From Candidatus Omnitrophota bacterium (GTDB lineage: Bacteria > Omnitrophota > Gorgyraeia > 2-01-FULL-45-10), in the NCBI GenBank assembly GCA_017993955.1, contig JAGOLR010000003.1, positions 6,878 to 70,877 of the forward strand: a stretch of DNA of 64,000 nucleotides, in the 5' to 3' direction. Both the position numbers and the translations under genes were made by a program. Shown here piece after piece: positions 30,657 to 40,259 of the stretch. The number at the start of each line of letters is the position of its first letter. The first letter of the stretch is position 1. A model generated the notes under the pieces. That model made no database searches. It was not told the origin of the DNA and was given only the letters and a program-made list of their open reading frames with translations.

Positions 30657-32548
30657 TGTGCGGTATATGCGGCATAATTGACGCAAAAGGCGCTTTTGTA
30701 AGCCAGGAAAAGATACGTTTGATGGCAGATGCAATGGCTCACAGGGGGCCAGATGATAGCGGCTTTTACTTGAGCCCGTCCAGTTCTCCTCGCGCAGGAC
30801 TTGGGCATAGAAGACTTAGTATCATAGATCTGAGTTCTCATGGGCATCAGCCGATGGAAAACGAGGATGGCAGTCTGCGTATAGTTTTAAACGGAGAGAT
30901 CTATAATTACTGCGAATTGCGGTCCGAACTGGAAAGTAAAGGTCATCTTTTCAGGTCACATACAGACACAGAGACTGTTATCCATCTTTATGAGGAATAT
31001 GGGGAAGACTGCGTTAAGTTTATGCGTGGCATGTTCGCATTCGCTATATGGGATGAGAATAAAAAGATATTATTTGCGGCCCGTGACAGAGTGGGGAAAA
31101 AGCCATTTTTGTATTTTAACGGCTCTAACGTTTTTATTTTTGCTTCCGAATTCAAATCCTTGTGCGCGAGCGGAGCTGTAAGCGCGGGGATAAACCCTAT
31201 TTCCCTAAACTACTATATGGCATTAGGGTATGTGCCTTCCCCGATGACCATTTATAAAGATATCCTTAAGTTGCCGCCGGCTCACAGCCTTATATTGAAG
31301 GCTGGGAAGGTGTCGATAAAAAGATATTGGGAGTTGGACTATTCTAAAAAGATAGAAATATCCGAAGAAGATGCCGCATCGGAGGTTATCAGATTGCTTA
31401 GAGAAGCTGTTAATATAAGACTCCGCAGTGATGTGCCGCTCGGCGCCTTTTTAAGTGGAGGTATAGATTCCAGCGCTATAGTGGCGATGATGAGCCGGGA
31501 ATCCGGCTCCAGGATCAAGACATTCTCTATAGGATTCGAAGATAAGGCTTTTAACGAACTATGTTATGCCAGGGCCATAGCAAGCAGATTTTCTACGGAA
31601 CATAACGAATTTATCGTAAAACCTGACGCGCTTAAAATATTGCCTCTTCTTGTGGAGAGATACGGTGAACCTTATGCGGATTCGTCATGTATACCTACAT
31701 ATTACGTATGTAATGAGACAAGAAAGCATGTTACTGTCGCGCTTAACGGTGACGGTGGAGATGAGCTATTTGCAGGATATGATAGGTACCAGGCTATTTG
31801 TGCGTCGGACTTTTACAATAAGTTGCCCCATCCCGCTAAGTTACTGGCCAAGAGTTTCGCCGTAGTGTTGCCGGATTCTACAGACTTCAAGAATCGTTTT
31901 CGAAGGTTAAAAAGGTTTTTTGACGGTATAGAGCTTCCTATAGAGCAACGGTATATGCGGTGGATCAGCATATTTAACAGCGAGATGCGGTCCGTGATAT
32001 ATTCCGAGAGCTTTAAGGATATAGTGGGATCTTCAGACCCATCAGAAGTCATCAGGCCATATCTGGCCACCATAGGAAATCTGGATATCCTTGACGGTGT
32101 TTTATCCGCAGATACACATACTTATTTACTCCACGATCTTCTTGTCAAGGTAGATATAGCGAGCATGTCAAACTCGCTTGAAGCGCGCTCGCCTTTTTTA
32201 GACCACAAGCTTATGGAATTTGCCGCTAAACTTCCGCCTGGCTATAAGATGAAAAACCTGGTTAAAAAATATATATTAAAAAAAGCTCTTAAGGGTATTC
32301 TGCCGGAAAGGAACATATGCCGTAATAAGATGGGGTTCGGCGTTCCTGTGGGCGCATGGTTCAGGGATGAGCTCAAAAATTTTTTAAAAGATATACTCTT
32401 TTCACAAAGTTCTTTATCCAGAGGCTATTTTAAGCCCGATGAGATCAAGAATCTGGTGCTTGAGCATGCTTCGGGTAAAAAAGATCATGCTTTCAGACTC
32501 TGGTCCTTGTTAATGCTTGAATTATGGCATAAGAGGTTCATTGATTAA
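30656..32548 (+). CDS. asparagine synthase (glutamine-hydrolysing)-family amidotransferase (AsnB/WbpS/WbpG-like)
   Basis: N-terminal nucleophile 'MCGICGI' and the 'SGGIDSS' PP-loop. Length is 630 aa. Confidence 0.85.
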   Translation: MCGICGIIDAKGAFVSQEKIRLMADAMAHRGPDDSGFYLSPSSSPRAGLGHRRLSIIDLSSHGHQPMENEDGSLRIVLNGEIYNYCELRSELESKGHLFRSHTDTETVIHLYEEYGEDCVKFMRGMFAFAIWDENKKILFAARDRVGKKPFLYFNGSNVFIFASEFKSLCASGAVSAGINPISLNYYMALGYVPSPMTIYKDILKLPPAHSLILKAGKVSIKRYWELDYSKKIEISEEDAASEVIRLLREAVNIRLRSDVPLGAFLSGGIDSSAIVAMMSRESGSRIKTFSIGFEDKAFNELCYARAIASRFSTEHNEFIVKPDALKILPLLVERYGEPYADSSCIPTYYVCNETRKHVTVALNGDGGDELFAGYDRYQAICASDFYNKLPHPAKLLAKSFAVVLPDSTDFKNRFRRLKRFFDGIELPIEQRYMRWISIFNSEMRSVIYSESFKDIVGSSDPSEVIRPYLATIGNLDILDGVLSADTHTYLLHDLLVKVDIASMSNSLEARSPFLDHKLMEFAAKLPPGYKMKNLVKKYILKKALKGILPERNICRNKMGFGVPVGAWFRDELKNFLKDILFSQSSLSRGYFKPDEIKNLVLEHASGKKDHAFRLWSLLMLELWHKRFID

Positions 32549-32549
32549 T

Positions 32550-33251
32550 ATGAGAAACGCAGCGCGAAAAATTATCATTGTAGGAGTGATAGCGCTCAGC
32601 TTTATTGTAATTTTAAACATCGATGTAACTACCAAGCAGAGCGTGAACTATGTAATTTCTATTAAGCATCTGCCTTTATATCTGAAAATACTGGATTTTT
32701 ACGACAGGCATTATCACTACTTACTATTGGTAAGAGAAATAGTTGCCGGCGAGAAGGATGACGAAAAAAAAGTAATGAAAATAATGGAATGGACTTTAAA
32801 AAATTTAGCCAAGCAACCCAGTGAGCTTCCTGTAATCGATGACCATGTGTGGCATATAATAGTAAGGGGGTACGGTGTCGATGAGCAGTTCCAGGATGTT
32901 TTTTGTACGTTATGTAATTATGCCGGCGTAAATGCGTTCTTTGACAAGGTTCGCGGTGACGGGAGGGTTCGCGTGCTGTCGTTTGTGAGGCTTGGCAATG
33001 AATGGCGGATTTTTGATGCCGCTGAAGGGATATATTTTTTGAATAAAAGCGGTAAAATGGCTACCATAGAAAATATTGAAAAGATGGACTGGCACCCAGT
33101 TAGTATTGGCGGAGCACTTTCCAATGGTTTATATCAAGACCTGTTTAATAATTTGAAATATATTGATTTTCAAAAATGGAATAATAAAAGGTCTAGCATA
33201 CAGGCTCCTTGGGCACGTTTCAGTTATTTCTTGACAAAACCCCATTTATGA
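32550..33251 (+). CDS. membrane-anchored hypothetical protein with a transglutaminase-like core lacking the catalytic Cys/His (inference)
   Basis: N-terminal TM 'KIIIVGVIALSFIVILNI'. 'VFCTLCNYAGVNAFF' and 'LGNEWRIFDAAEG' resemble the TGase-core motifs (L-C-R-A-L-G-I-P-A-R and G-W-x-x-F-D-P-T), but with Gly/Arg at the catalytic positions. Confidence 0.35.
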   Translation: MRNAARKIIIVGVIALSFIVILNIDVTTKQSVNYVISIKHLPLYLKILDFYDRHYHYLLLVREIVAGEKDDEKKVMKIMEWTLKNLAKQPSELPVIDDHVWHIIVRGYGVDEQFQDVFCTLCNYAGVNAFFDKVRGDGRVRVLSFVRLGNEWRIFDAAEGIYFLNKSGKMATIENIEKMDWHPVSIGGALSNGLYQDLFNNLKYIDFQKWNNKRSSIQAPWARFSYFLTKPHL

Positions 33252-33278
33252 GTATAATCGTTTAGAACATTTTAAACG
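33231..33278 (+). promoter_or_regulatory. consensus sigma70 promoter TTGACA-N16-TATAAT followed by the inverted repeat CGTTTA-N8-TAAACG (candidate operator)
   Basis: TTGACA at 33231-33236, TATAAT at 33253-33258, and the IR 'cgtttagaacattttaaacg' at 33259-33278. It sits about 30 nt upstream of the regulator gene at 33310. Confidence 0.55.
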
Positions 33279-33309
33279 ATAAAAACTAACCACTTCAATA
33301 AGGCTCTCT

Positions 33310-33804
33310 ATGAATACCAAGCTATTCCAAGCTCAAGACAGATTTATCAGCTATATATGCTCAATATGTGATGATTTCGGGTTTAATAGATTTGTTGCCC
33401 AATTGTACGGAGTACTGTACATGAGTGATAAGCCGCTATCGTTGGATGATATAACTGAAAGACTCGGAGCTTCCAAGGGGAATGTCAGCATAAATATCCG
33501 AGAATTGGAAAAATGGGGCGCCGCAAGAAAAGTCTGGATTAAAGGGTCCCGCAAGGACTATTATGAGGCAGAGCTGGATATAAAGAAGATAATATCCAGT
33601 AAACTAAAAACTTCCATGCAAAGGCGTCTTGCGGGGATGTCATCCATGGTCGATGATGTTATGGATATAGTCAAGGACGATCCCGGAAATTTGAGTGAAG
33701 AAGAAAGGGCTGCCGCAAAATTTGTTGCCGAGAGAATGGATCGGATCCAAGAGCTGAAGAAGTTAGCTTCCACAGCGCTTTCATTGGCAGAAAAGTTTTT
33801 ATAG
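33310..33804 (+). CDS. GbsR/MarR-type winged-helix transcriptional regulator
   Basis: 'LSLDDITERLGASKGNVSINIRELEKWGAARKVW' shows an HTH. It is a small 164-aa protein heading the downstream block. Confidence 0.6.
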   Translation: MNTKLFQAQDRFISYICSICDDFGFNRFVAQLYGVLYMSDKPLSLDDITERLGASKGNVSINIRELEKWGAARKVWIKGSRKDYYEAELDIKKIISSKLKTSMQRRLAGMSSMVDDVMDIVKDDPGNLSEEERAAAKFVAERMDRIQELKKLASTALSLAEKFL

Positions 33805-33812
33805 AAAAGACT

Positions 33813-35081
33813 ATGAATATAGATGCGATAATCCCGGCTCGAAAAGGAAGCAAGCGAATATATCATAAAAATACTCTTTTGATAGGTGGCAAACCTCTTA
33901 TCGAGTATACGCTCGAGGCGGCTCTTTCTTCTAAGTCTATACGTTCGACCTATCTTTTTACCGATGATAAAGAACTGATAAGAAAATACAAAACTAATCG
34001 TTCTGTTAATATAATATCCAGACCGGAGAGACTTTCGCAGGACGACACCTCTCTGAAAGATTCCGTTTTGTATGCAATCAAAGCGTTACTAAAAAAATCG
34101 CCCGCGGATATATATGCCATCCTTCCTCCAGTAGCTCCATTTAGGTCTGCGGCTCACGTGGATTCAGTAATTGAATTTGCTGCGTCATTACCGAAGTATG
34201 ACAGTATCGCTAGCGCTGTATCAGACCGGACCTCCGGTGGGTATAGGCTGAATAAAGCAATATGGCTAATTCCTACCAATAAGACAAATCGACTTAACGA
34301 CATGCTCATCTCATCCAGATCACGCATGTACATGATGGACGAATTTGATGGCTTAGCCATTGAGACTCCCTATGATGTTATGATTGCCGAGGCTGTTCTT
34401 GATTTCCAGAAGGAGCGGTTTAGCTGGGATGCGCGAGGCGGATATAATGTGCAGCGCTTTTACGCGCATGACGATGGCCTTATGAATATCAGACGAAACA
34501 TATTCGATGCAGCTGCTTACGAACGCCATTTTGGCCGTTATAAATATTTCCTCCCCCATATAAAGCGTGCCGACGAAGTGTTGGACATCGCGTGCGGCAG
34601 CGGATACGGCAGCGAAATCCTGGCGGGTAAGGCAAGATCGGTTCATGGTGTCGATACCGATGGCACTACGATAGAATATGCCAGGCGTAATTATGCAAAG
34701 CCCAATGTGCGTTTTACAACATCAACTATAGAGGCATTCTCACCTAAGAAACGTTATGATAAGATAATAAGCGTTGAGACGATAGAGCATCTTAAGGATC
34801 CCGCTTCGTATCTGGCCAGAGCTAATGGGTGGCTGAAGCCTGGCGGGACGATGTGGCTTACGTGCCCGTTGTCGGAGCAGGGAATGCAGGAAACAAACAA
34901 TCCTTTTCACATAGTTAATATCACATACGAATCTCTCAAGTCCATGATGGAAAAACATTTCGAAAAAGTAGATTTCTTTGACCTTACCGGTTCGGCTGTA
35001 TTTTTCGTGGATACGCTGAACAATAAAACGCGGTATATCGTTGCGAGAGGGATCGCAGGTAAACGCACTAAGAAGATATAA
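33813..35081 (+). CDS. bifunctional protein: N-terminal acylneuraminate (CMP-nonulosonate) cytidylyltransferase domain fused to a C-terminal class I SAM methyltransferase domain
   Basis: N-terminal 'AIIPARKGSKRIYHKNTLLIGGKPLIEYTLEAA' is NeuA/PseF-like. C-terminal 'VLDIACGSGYGSEILAGKARSVHGVDTD' is methyltransferase motif I. Confidence 0.7.
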   Translation: MNIDAIIPARKGSKRIYHKNTLLIGGKPLIEYTLEAALSSKSIRSTYLFTDDKELIRKYKTNRSVNIISRPERLSQDDTSLKDSVLYAIKALLKKSPADIYAILPPVAPFRSAAHVDSVIEFAASLPKYDSIASAVSDRTSGGYRLNKAIWLIPTNKTNRLNDMLISSRSRMYMMDEFDGLAIETPYDVMIAEAVLDFQKERFSWDARGGYNVQRFYAHDDGLMNIRRNIFDAAAYERHFGRYKYFLPHIKRADEVLDIACGSGYGSEILAGKARSVHGVDTDGTTIEYARRNYAKPNVRFTTSTIEAFSPKKRYDKIISVETIEHLKDPASYLARANGWLKPGGTMWLTCPLSEQGMQETNNPFHIVNITYESLKSMMEKHFEKVDFFDLTGSAVFFVDTLNNKTRYIVARGIAGKRTKKI

Positions 35082-36433
35082 TGAAAAAAATCACAAATAC
35101 TCCAATAGTTACGCCGCATAACGACATGACAATGTCGCTCCCGACAACTGTTCATATCGAGCTTACATCATCGTGCTGTTTTACGTGCCGTCATTGTTAC
35201 AACTTCTGGCGCAAAGGAAAGGCAAAGCCGGTATTTATTTCGCAGGAACAATTGGACAGGATACTGGATGAATTGATCGATACTGGCATAATGCATGTGA
35301 TATTTACCGGAGGCGAGCCGTTATTGAACAACGCCGTTCTCCTGCACGGTATAAAAAAGATGAAGGATGCCGGAGCCAGCGTCACATGTAACTCAACGCT
35401 GGCTGTGGCGAATACGCTTGAGCAAATGAAAAAATTGCATGCTGCAGGCTTGGAGCATATATTGACTTCATTGAATTCGCATAAGCCGGATATTAATGAC
35501 CATCTGGTATCTGTCAAGGGGGCTCACCAGCGCATAGTTGCCGGTATAAAGAATGCTGTTTCTGCCGGTATCAGGATAAGCGTTAATATGATAATATCGA
35601 AGACTAACATAAGCGATATTTATGAAACGGCGAGACTGGCTCATTCGCTGGGCGCCAAAAAATTTTTTGGAACACGCGTGGTTCCCCACATCTCCAAGAA
35701 CGCTAGTGAGCAGAGTGAGTTCATAATATCGGAGAAAGATGCCAGGTTTATACTTGACGAGCTTCTTAGGGTGGAGAAAGACTTTGGTATGCAAGTTGGT
35801 ACATTGATTCCATTCCCCTTCTGTATGATGGTGGAGAAGGAAGAGGATCTCGTAAAATTCGAAAAATTTTATTCTCATGGATGCCCGTCCGGGAACAAAA
35901 TGATATCTCTTAATGCAAATGGCGACGCTCATGCTTGTGTTCATGAAAGCATGAGCTATGGAAATATCCTAGATATCGGCATAAAAGGCGTGTGGGCGAA
36001 TATGAACCCATGGCGATCCGGTGAATATTTTCCGGATGAATGCAAGGCTTGTGTGATGTTCGAACGTTGTAACGGAGGATGCAGGTTATGTGCCTTTGCC
36101 TATAATGGCACCATGAAATCAGCCGATAATCTTCGTAAAGGGTGGAAGTTTGCGATGCCTGTTTCCGAAGATGAATTGGGTGACATGTCGTTGACTGACA
36201 CAAAATGTCTCGTGCCGCAGAATATGCGTTTTAGGAAAGAGGATGGTTTTTATATCGCTGATCGTTTTGGTTCCGAGATATTATGTGTAAAGAACGAAAT
36301 AGCATTGGTGCTGCGGGATTATCAGAAGAAAGGGAAAGCGTTTTTTCCCAAAGAAGCCGGATTAAAAGATCCGGAAACAGTGAGGTCTCTTTTGAAGGAA
36401 AAACTGTTGTTGAAAGAGGACGTTTCGAAATAG
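35081..36433 (+). CDS. radical SAM protein with a C-terminal SPASM/twitch-type Cys-rich domain
   Basis: 'ELTSSCCFTCRHCYN' (CxxxCxxC), later 'TGGEPLL', and C-terminal 'CKACVMFERCNGGCRLC'. Confidence 0.75.
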   Translation: MKKITNTPIVTPHNDMTMSLPTTVHIELTSSCCFTCRHCYNFWRKGKAKPVFISQEQLDRILDELIDTGIMHVIFTGGEPLLNNAVLLHGIKKMKDAGASVTCNSTLAVANTLEQMKKLHAAGLEHILTSLNSHKPDINDHLVSVKGAHQRIVAGIKNAVSAGIRISVNMIISKTNISDIYETARLAHSLGAKKFFGTRVVPHISKNASEQSEFIISEKDARFILDELLRVEKDFGMQVGTLIPFPFCMMVEKEEDLVKFEKFYSHGCPSGNKMISLNANGDAHACVHESMSYGNILDIGIKGVWANMNPWRSGEYFPDECKACVMFERCNGGCRLCAFAYNGTMKSADNLRKGWKFAMPVSEDELGDMSLTDTKCLVPQNMRFRKEDGFYIADRFGSEILCVKNEIALVLRDYQKKGKAFFPKEAGLKDPETVRSLLKEKLLLKEDVSK

Positions 36434-36434
36434 A

Positions 36435-37106
36435 ATGACGAAACATTACGCGTTGATACCTGCAAAGGAAGAATCAAGCCGCTGCATAAACAAGAACTGG
36501 CGCAAATTTATCGGGGATCGCTCGCTTGTAGATTTTGCAATAAGTACTGTGCCTTCCGGAATTTTTGAAAAGATCAGCATCTCTACAGATAAGCTAGATT
36601 TTGTGGCGCCAAAAGGTGTTGTGAAGCATCTCAGGCGCAAGTCTATGGCGACCAAGAACTCCTGTGTAAAAGACGTAATCCGCCTGCTTATCGAAGAATA
36701 CGATGTTGCAGATAACGATTATTTGTGGCTTTTGAATCCCACATCCCCATTCAGGGCCAGGGGAGACTACGCGAGCATAACCGGTATTATTAAAACGCAT
36801 AGGCCGGACTCGGTCGTGTCGGCATTAAAGCTGCATCCGTTCATTTGGAAAGACGGCAAACCGTTGTTTGAGACTAAGGGCAAGAGAAAAAATACGGAAG
36901 ATTTCAAGGAAGAATATCTGGTCGAGAACGGCATGTTCTATGTGTTTCGCGCCGGGGCCTTTTGCCGCACGCATTCGTGGTATAGCGGTAAGGTATGTTT
37001 GTATAGGCAGAAAGGCATGTGGCCGTCTGTCGATATAGATACCGAAGAAGATTTTATTGAGGCGCAGGAATTGGCAAAGATGTGGACTGGCAAAAAGAGA
37101 AGGTGA
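36435..37106 (+). CDS. acylneuraminate cytidylyltransferase-family protein (CMP-sugar synthetase)
   Basis: 'ALIPAKEESSRCINKNWRKFIGDRSLVDF'. Length is 223 aa. Confidence 0.65.
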   Translation: MTKHYALIPAKEESSRCINKNWRKFIGDRSLVDFAISTVPSGIFEKISISTDKLDFVAPKGVVKHLRRKSMATKNSCVKDVIRLLIEEYDVADNDYLWLLNPTSPFRARGDYASITGIIKTHRPDSVVSALKLHPFIWKDGKPLFETKGKRKNTEDFKEEYLVENGMFYVFRAGAFCRTHSWYSGKVCLYRQKGMWPSVDIDTEEDFIEAQELAKMWTGKKRR

Positions 37107-37110
37107 AGCC

Positions 37111-37959
37111 ATGTTACGCTTTAAGGACATAGAGGGTATTTACCTGATAGCGGAAATAGGTATTAACCATAACGGTGATCTGGATATCGCCAAGCGGCTT
37201 ATTGATGCAGTATTTGCCTGTTCCTGGAATTGTGCTAAATTCCAGAAACGCGATCCCGATCTTTGCGTTCCGGAAAGGCAGAAGCATGTTGCTAAGGATA
37301 CGCCCTGGGGAAAGATGTCGTATCTTGCGTATAAGAAGAGGATAGAGTTTGGCAAAAAAGAATACGATTATATCGATGAATACAGCAAGTCGAAGCCGCT
37401 CGACTGGACGTCTTCAGTCTGGGATATGAACAGCCTGAAATTCATGCTACAGTATAAGGTGCCTTTCCTGAAAATACCATCTGCAAAGATATCCGACAAA
37501 AAATTGGTAGAAGCGGTTGCTAAGACCGGTATACCGGTTATCGCGTCAACGGGGATGAGTGTCATGAAAGAGGTCGATGATCTCGTGGACATATTGAAGC
37601 GCTACTCGTGCGAATTTGCCCTCATGCATACCAACTCTACTTACCCTACTCCAATAGAAGATATTAACATTCGCTGCATACATACTCTCAAGAAACGTTA
37701 TAACTGCGTTGTCGGATACAGCGGTCATGAGTATAATGTCGAACCCACCGTTTATGCAGCGGTACTGGGTGCAAAGATAATCGAGCGGCACATAACCCTG
37801 AACCACAAGATGTGGGGGACCGACCAGGCTGCTAGCCTCGAAGTGGCTGCTATGGATCTTTTGCGGAAAAGGATTCGCGATATCGATCTGGTGATGGGGG
37901 ATGGCAGGAAGAGAGTCACCCGCGGAGAAGAAGAGATTAGGTTAAAACTGAAGAAATGA
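37111..37959 (+). CDS. N-acetylneuraminate-synthase-family (NeuB/PseI/LegI-like) nonulosonic acid synthase, short form
   Basis: 'IYLIAEIGINHNGDLDIAKRLIDA...CAKFQKR' and 'GYSGHE'. The SAF domain appears truncated. Confidence 0.75.
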   Translation: MLRFKDIEGIYLIAEIGINHNGDLDIAKRLIDAVFACSWNCAKFQKRDPDLCVPERQKHVAKDTPWGKMSYLAYKKRIEFGKKEYDYIDEYSKSKPLDWTSSVWDMNSLKFMLQYKVPFLKIPSAKISDKKLVEAVAKTGIPVIASTGMSVMKEVDDLVDILKRYSCEFALMHTNSTYPTPIEDINIRCIHTLKKRYNCVVGYSGHEYNVEPTVYAAVLGAKIIERHITLNHKMWGTDQAASLEVAAMDLLRKRIRDIDLVMGDGRKRVTRGEEEIRLKLKK

Positions 37960-38639
37960 GTGCAGGGAGGATGAGCAATATGCCCGGACCGGATTTTGAT
38001 AAGCAATTCGAATACGAGAACAATTTCTATCTGACAGCGCCTGTTAATCGAATCAGTAAGTTTGCTACGCATCTTGAGTTATTCAGAAAGGTTTCCGGCG
38101 TTGCGGGCGAGATAGTTGAATGCGGTGTTTTTAAGGGGGTTTCGTTATCCCGGCTGATAAAATTCAGGGCGCTTTTCGAGAATGCATTTAGCAAGAAGAT
38201 CATAGGATTTGATACGTTTGGGGAGTTTCCGGAAGCGCGATACGCTGACGATATAGGGAAAAGGGCCCAGTTTGTCAGGGAGGCCGGCAGTCGCAGCATT
38301 GGCTTGGAGGAATTCATCTCCTTGCTGAAAAAACTCGACCTCTATCAGAACATCGAGCTGATTGAAGGCGATATACTTAAGACGGTCCCGGAGTATACGG
38401 CGAAAAACCCGCATCTTAAGATATCGCTTTTACATATTGATGTTGATCTGCATGAGGCGACTGATGTTTGTCTGAAAGAACTGTATCCGCGCGTCTCAAA
38501 AGGCGGGATAGTGATACTCGATGATTACGGCGCTTTTGCCGGAGCGAACAAGGCCATCGATGACTTCTTCGCAGGCAAAAAAATGAAGATAAATAAGCTG
38601 CCGTATTCGAATGCGATTTCTTTCGTTGATGTGATTTAG
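37956..38639 (+). CDS. TylF/MycF-family sugar O-methyltransferase (class I SAM MTase)
   Basis: 'GEIVECGVFKGVSLSRL', 'LLHIDVDLHEAT' and 'GGIVILDDYG' match macrocin-O-MT family motifs. Confidence 0.7.
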   Translation: MSAGRMSNMPGPDFDKQFEYENNFYLTAPVNRISKFATHLELFRKVSGVAGEIVECGVFKGVSLSRLIKFRALFENAFSKKIIGFDTFGEFPEARYADDIGKRAQFVREAGSRSIGLEEFISLLKKLDLYQNIELIEGDILKTVPEYTAKNPHLKISLLHIDVDLHEATDVCLKELYPRVSKGGIVILDDYGAFAGANKAIDDFFAGKKMKINKLPYSNAISFVDVI

Positions 38640-38660
38640 CGCAAGTGGAAAATCCTGTTT

Positions 38661-40259
38661 ATGGCAACTATTCTGATGGTTTACTGTAACAGGCTGGTCT
38701 CCGGGGTTCAGTATTCGGGCATAGCCAGTATGTCAGCCTTTGCAAAGAGAGGCGGTCATAAGTACCTGCTTTTTGACGCAGCGGCATATACGAATGAAAA
38801 AAAGGCAGGATCTTACCGGTCATATAAAGATAACAAGTTCCTTATCGACTTGGAATTCAGGCCGATAACGAATGCGGAAGTTATGCCATTCAAAAAGCCG
38901 ATGGCGGAATTATTGGCCGACCTTGAAAGCGAGCTCTTAAAGAGCAAGGTTGACGTGGTCGGTTTCTCTTCTTTTTCGGACGACTGGCCATTCACCCTTT
39001 TTCTTATACGGAAGGTTCGAGCTATGCTTCCGTCGACCCCCATAATTGTCGGAGGAGTGCACGCAACGGTCGCGCCTGATGAGGTTATTAAGCATGAAGA
39101 AGTCACGATGCTTTGCGTCGGAGAGGGTGAAGAAGCGCTTGTCGAGTTGCTAGACTCGATTGATAAAGGCCAGATCGACACGGCCATACAGAATTTGTGG
39201 ATTAAGACTGGTGATGCTGTCATCAAAAATAGTTTGCGGCCCCTCGTAAGGCTGGATGGTAGTTTTCCGAAAGCGGATTGGACGCTTTACAATGACATGC
39301 ACTTCTATTATCCATTTGAGGGCAAGCTGTTTCGCAGGGGCAGTGTCTTTGCAAGCAGGGGTTGTCCTTATTCATGCAGTTATTGCATAAACGATCTTTT
39401 TATGCGGCTCTATGCAGGGGATAAACCGTGCCGTTTTAAAGGAGTATCATATCTTATAGATGAGATATCGCGTTTAAAGGATACGTATGCTTTGGAGTTT
39501 TTGCGCTTCTGGGACGAAACATTCCTGGCAATGCCCCGTACATATCTGTCCGATTTTGAAAAAGAGTATAAAAGAGAGATTGGGCTTCCTTTTACAATAG
39601 AGACCACGGCCACGACGGTAACTGACGAGCGGTCCAGAATACTTGCAGAGATGGGATGTCAGTCAGTTAGTGTTGGCGTCGAGACGTCAAACGAACATTT
39701 GCGGACAGGTCTTCTCGGCAAGAAAGTTAGCAATGCTGCATACGATGAATGCTTTAGGCTGCTCACCAAGTACGGTTTGCGCAAAGTGGCTAATTTCATG
39801 TTCTTTCTCCCTCATCAGACGCTTGATGACATGTGGAATGATGTGCATGCCTGCAAGAAGTGGAAAATAGACCATCCTTCCGCAAGGATATTCTATCCGT
39901 ATCCTGGCACGACACTGAGGGAGTATTGCATGCGAAACGGAATGATAGACACCGCTGCGCTTGGCTGGATTGAAGATGAAGAAGCGATTAAATCGCTCAA
40001 CAACCTGAGTGAAAATTATATAACGTTCCAGGATACGGTCATGAAATGCGACACGCGCCTAAAGAGAGAAGGCAAAAAGATACTCGATAATTTTATACTT
40101 TTTCAGGAGACCGAAGTGCAGTCTCATGCTCGCCTTGTAGAATTATTAGACAGAGATGACTACGATGCAAAAAGCGTTATACGAACTATGGAATGCGATG
40201 TCTACAGAAAGCGTTTTGGCGAGGAGCCAGTATTAAAAAAGAGCCTGGATGCGATATGA
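38661..40259 (+). CDS. B12-binding domain radical SAM protein
   Basis: 'ASRGCPYSCSYCIND' (CxxxCxxC) and an N-terminal B12-binding-like domain. Length is 532 aa. Confidence 0.75.
   Translation: MATILMVYCNRLVSGVQYSGIASMSAFAKRGGHKYLLFDAAAYTNEKKAGSYRSYKDNKFLIDLEFRPITNAEVMPFKKPMAELLADLESELLKSKVDVVGFSSFSDDWPFTLFLIRKVRAMLPSTPIIVGGVHATVAPDEVIKHEEVTMLCVGEGEEALVELLDSIDKGQIDTAIQNLWIKTGDAVIKNSLRPLVRLDGSFPKADWTLYNDMHFYYPFEGKLFRRGSVFASRGCPYSCSYCINDLFMRLYAGDKPCRFKGVSYLIDEISRLKDTYALEFLRFWDETFLAMPRTYLSDFEKEYKREIGLPFTIETTATTVTDERSRILAEMGCQSVSVGVETSNEHLRTGLLGKKVSNAAYDECFRLLTKYGLRKVANFMFFLPHQTLDDMWNDVHACKKWKIDHPSARIFYPYPGTTLREYCMRNGMIDTAALGWIEDEEAIKSLNNLSENYITFQDTVMKCDTRLKREGKKILDNFILFQETEVQSHARLVELLDRDDYDAKSVIRTMECDVYRKRFGEEPVLKKSLDAI

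Noticed and set aside
35081-36433. Possibility that the SPASM radical SAM enzymes mark a RiPP (peptide) cluster
   Set aside because: No short precursor-peptide-like ORFs, leader-peptide proteases or RiPP transporters are adjacent. The neighbours are NulO synthases and CMP-sugar synthetases, so a sugar substrate is more parsimonious. A peptide substrate cannot be fully excluded.
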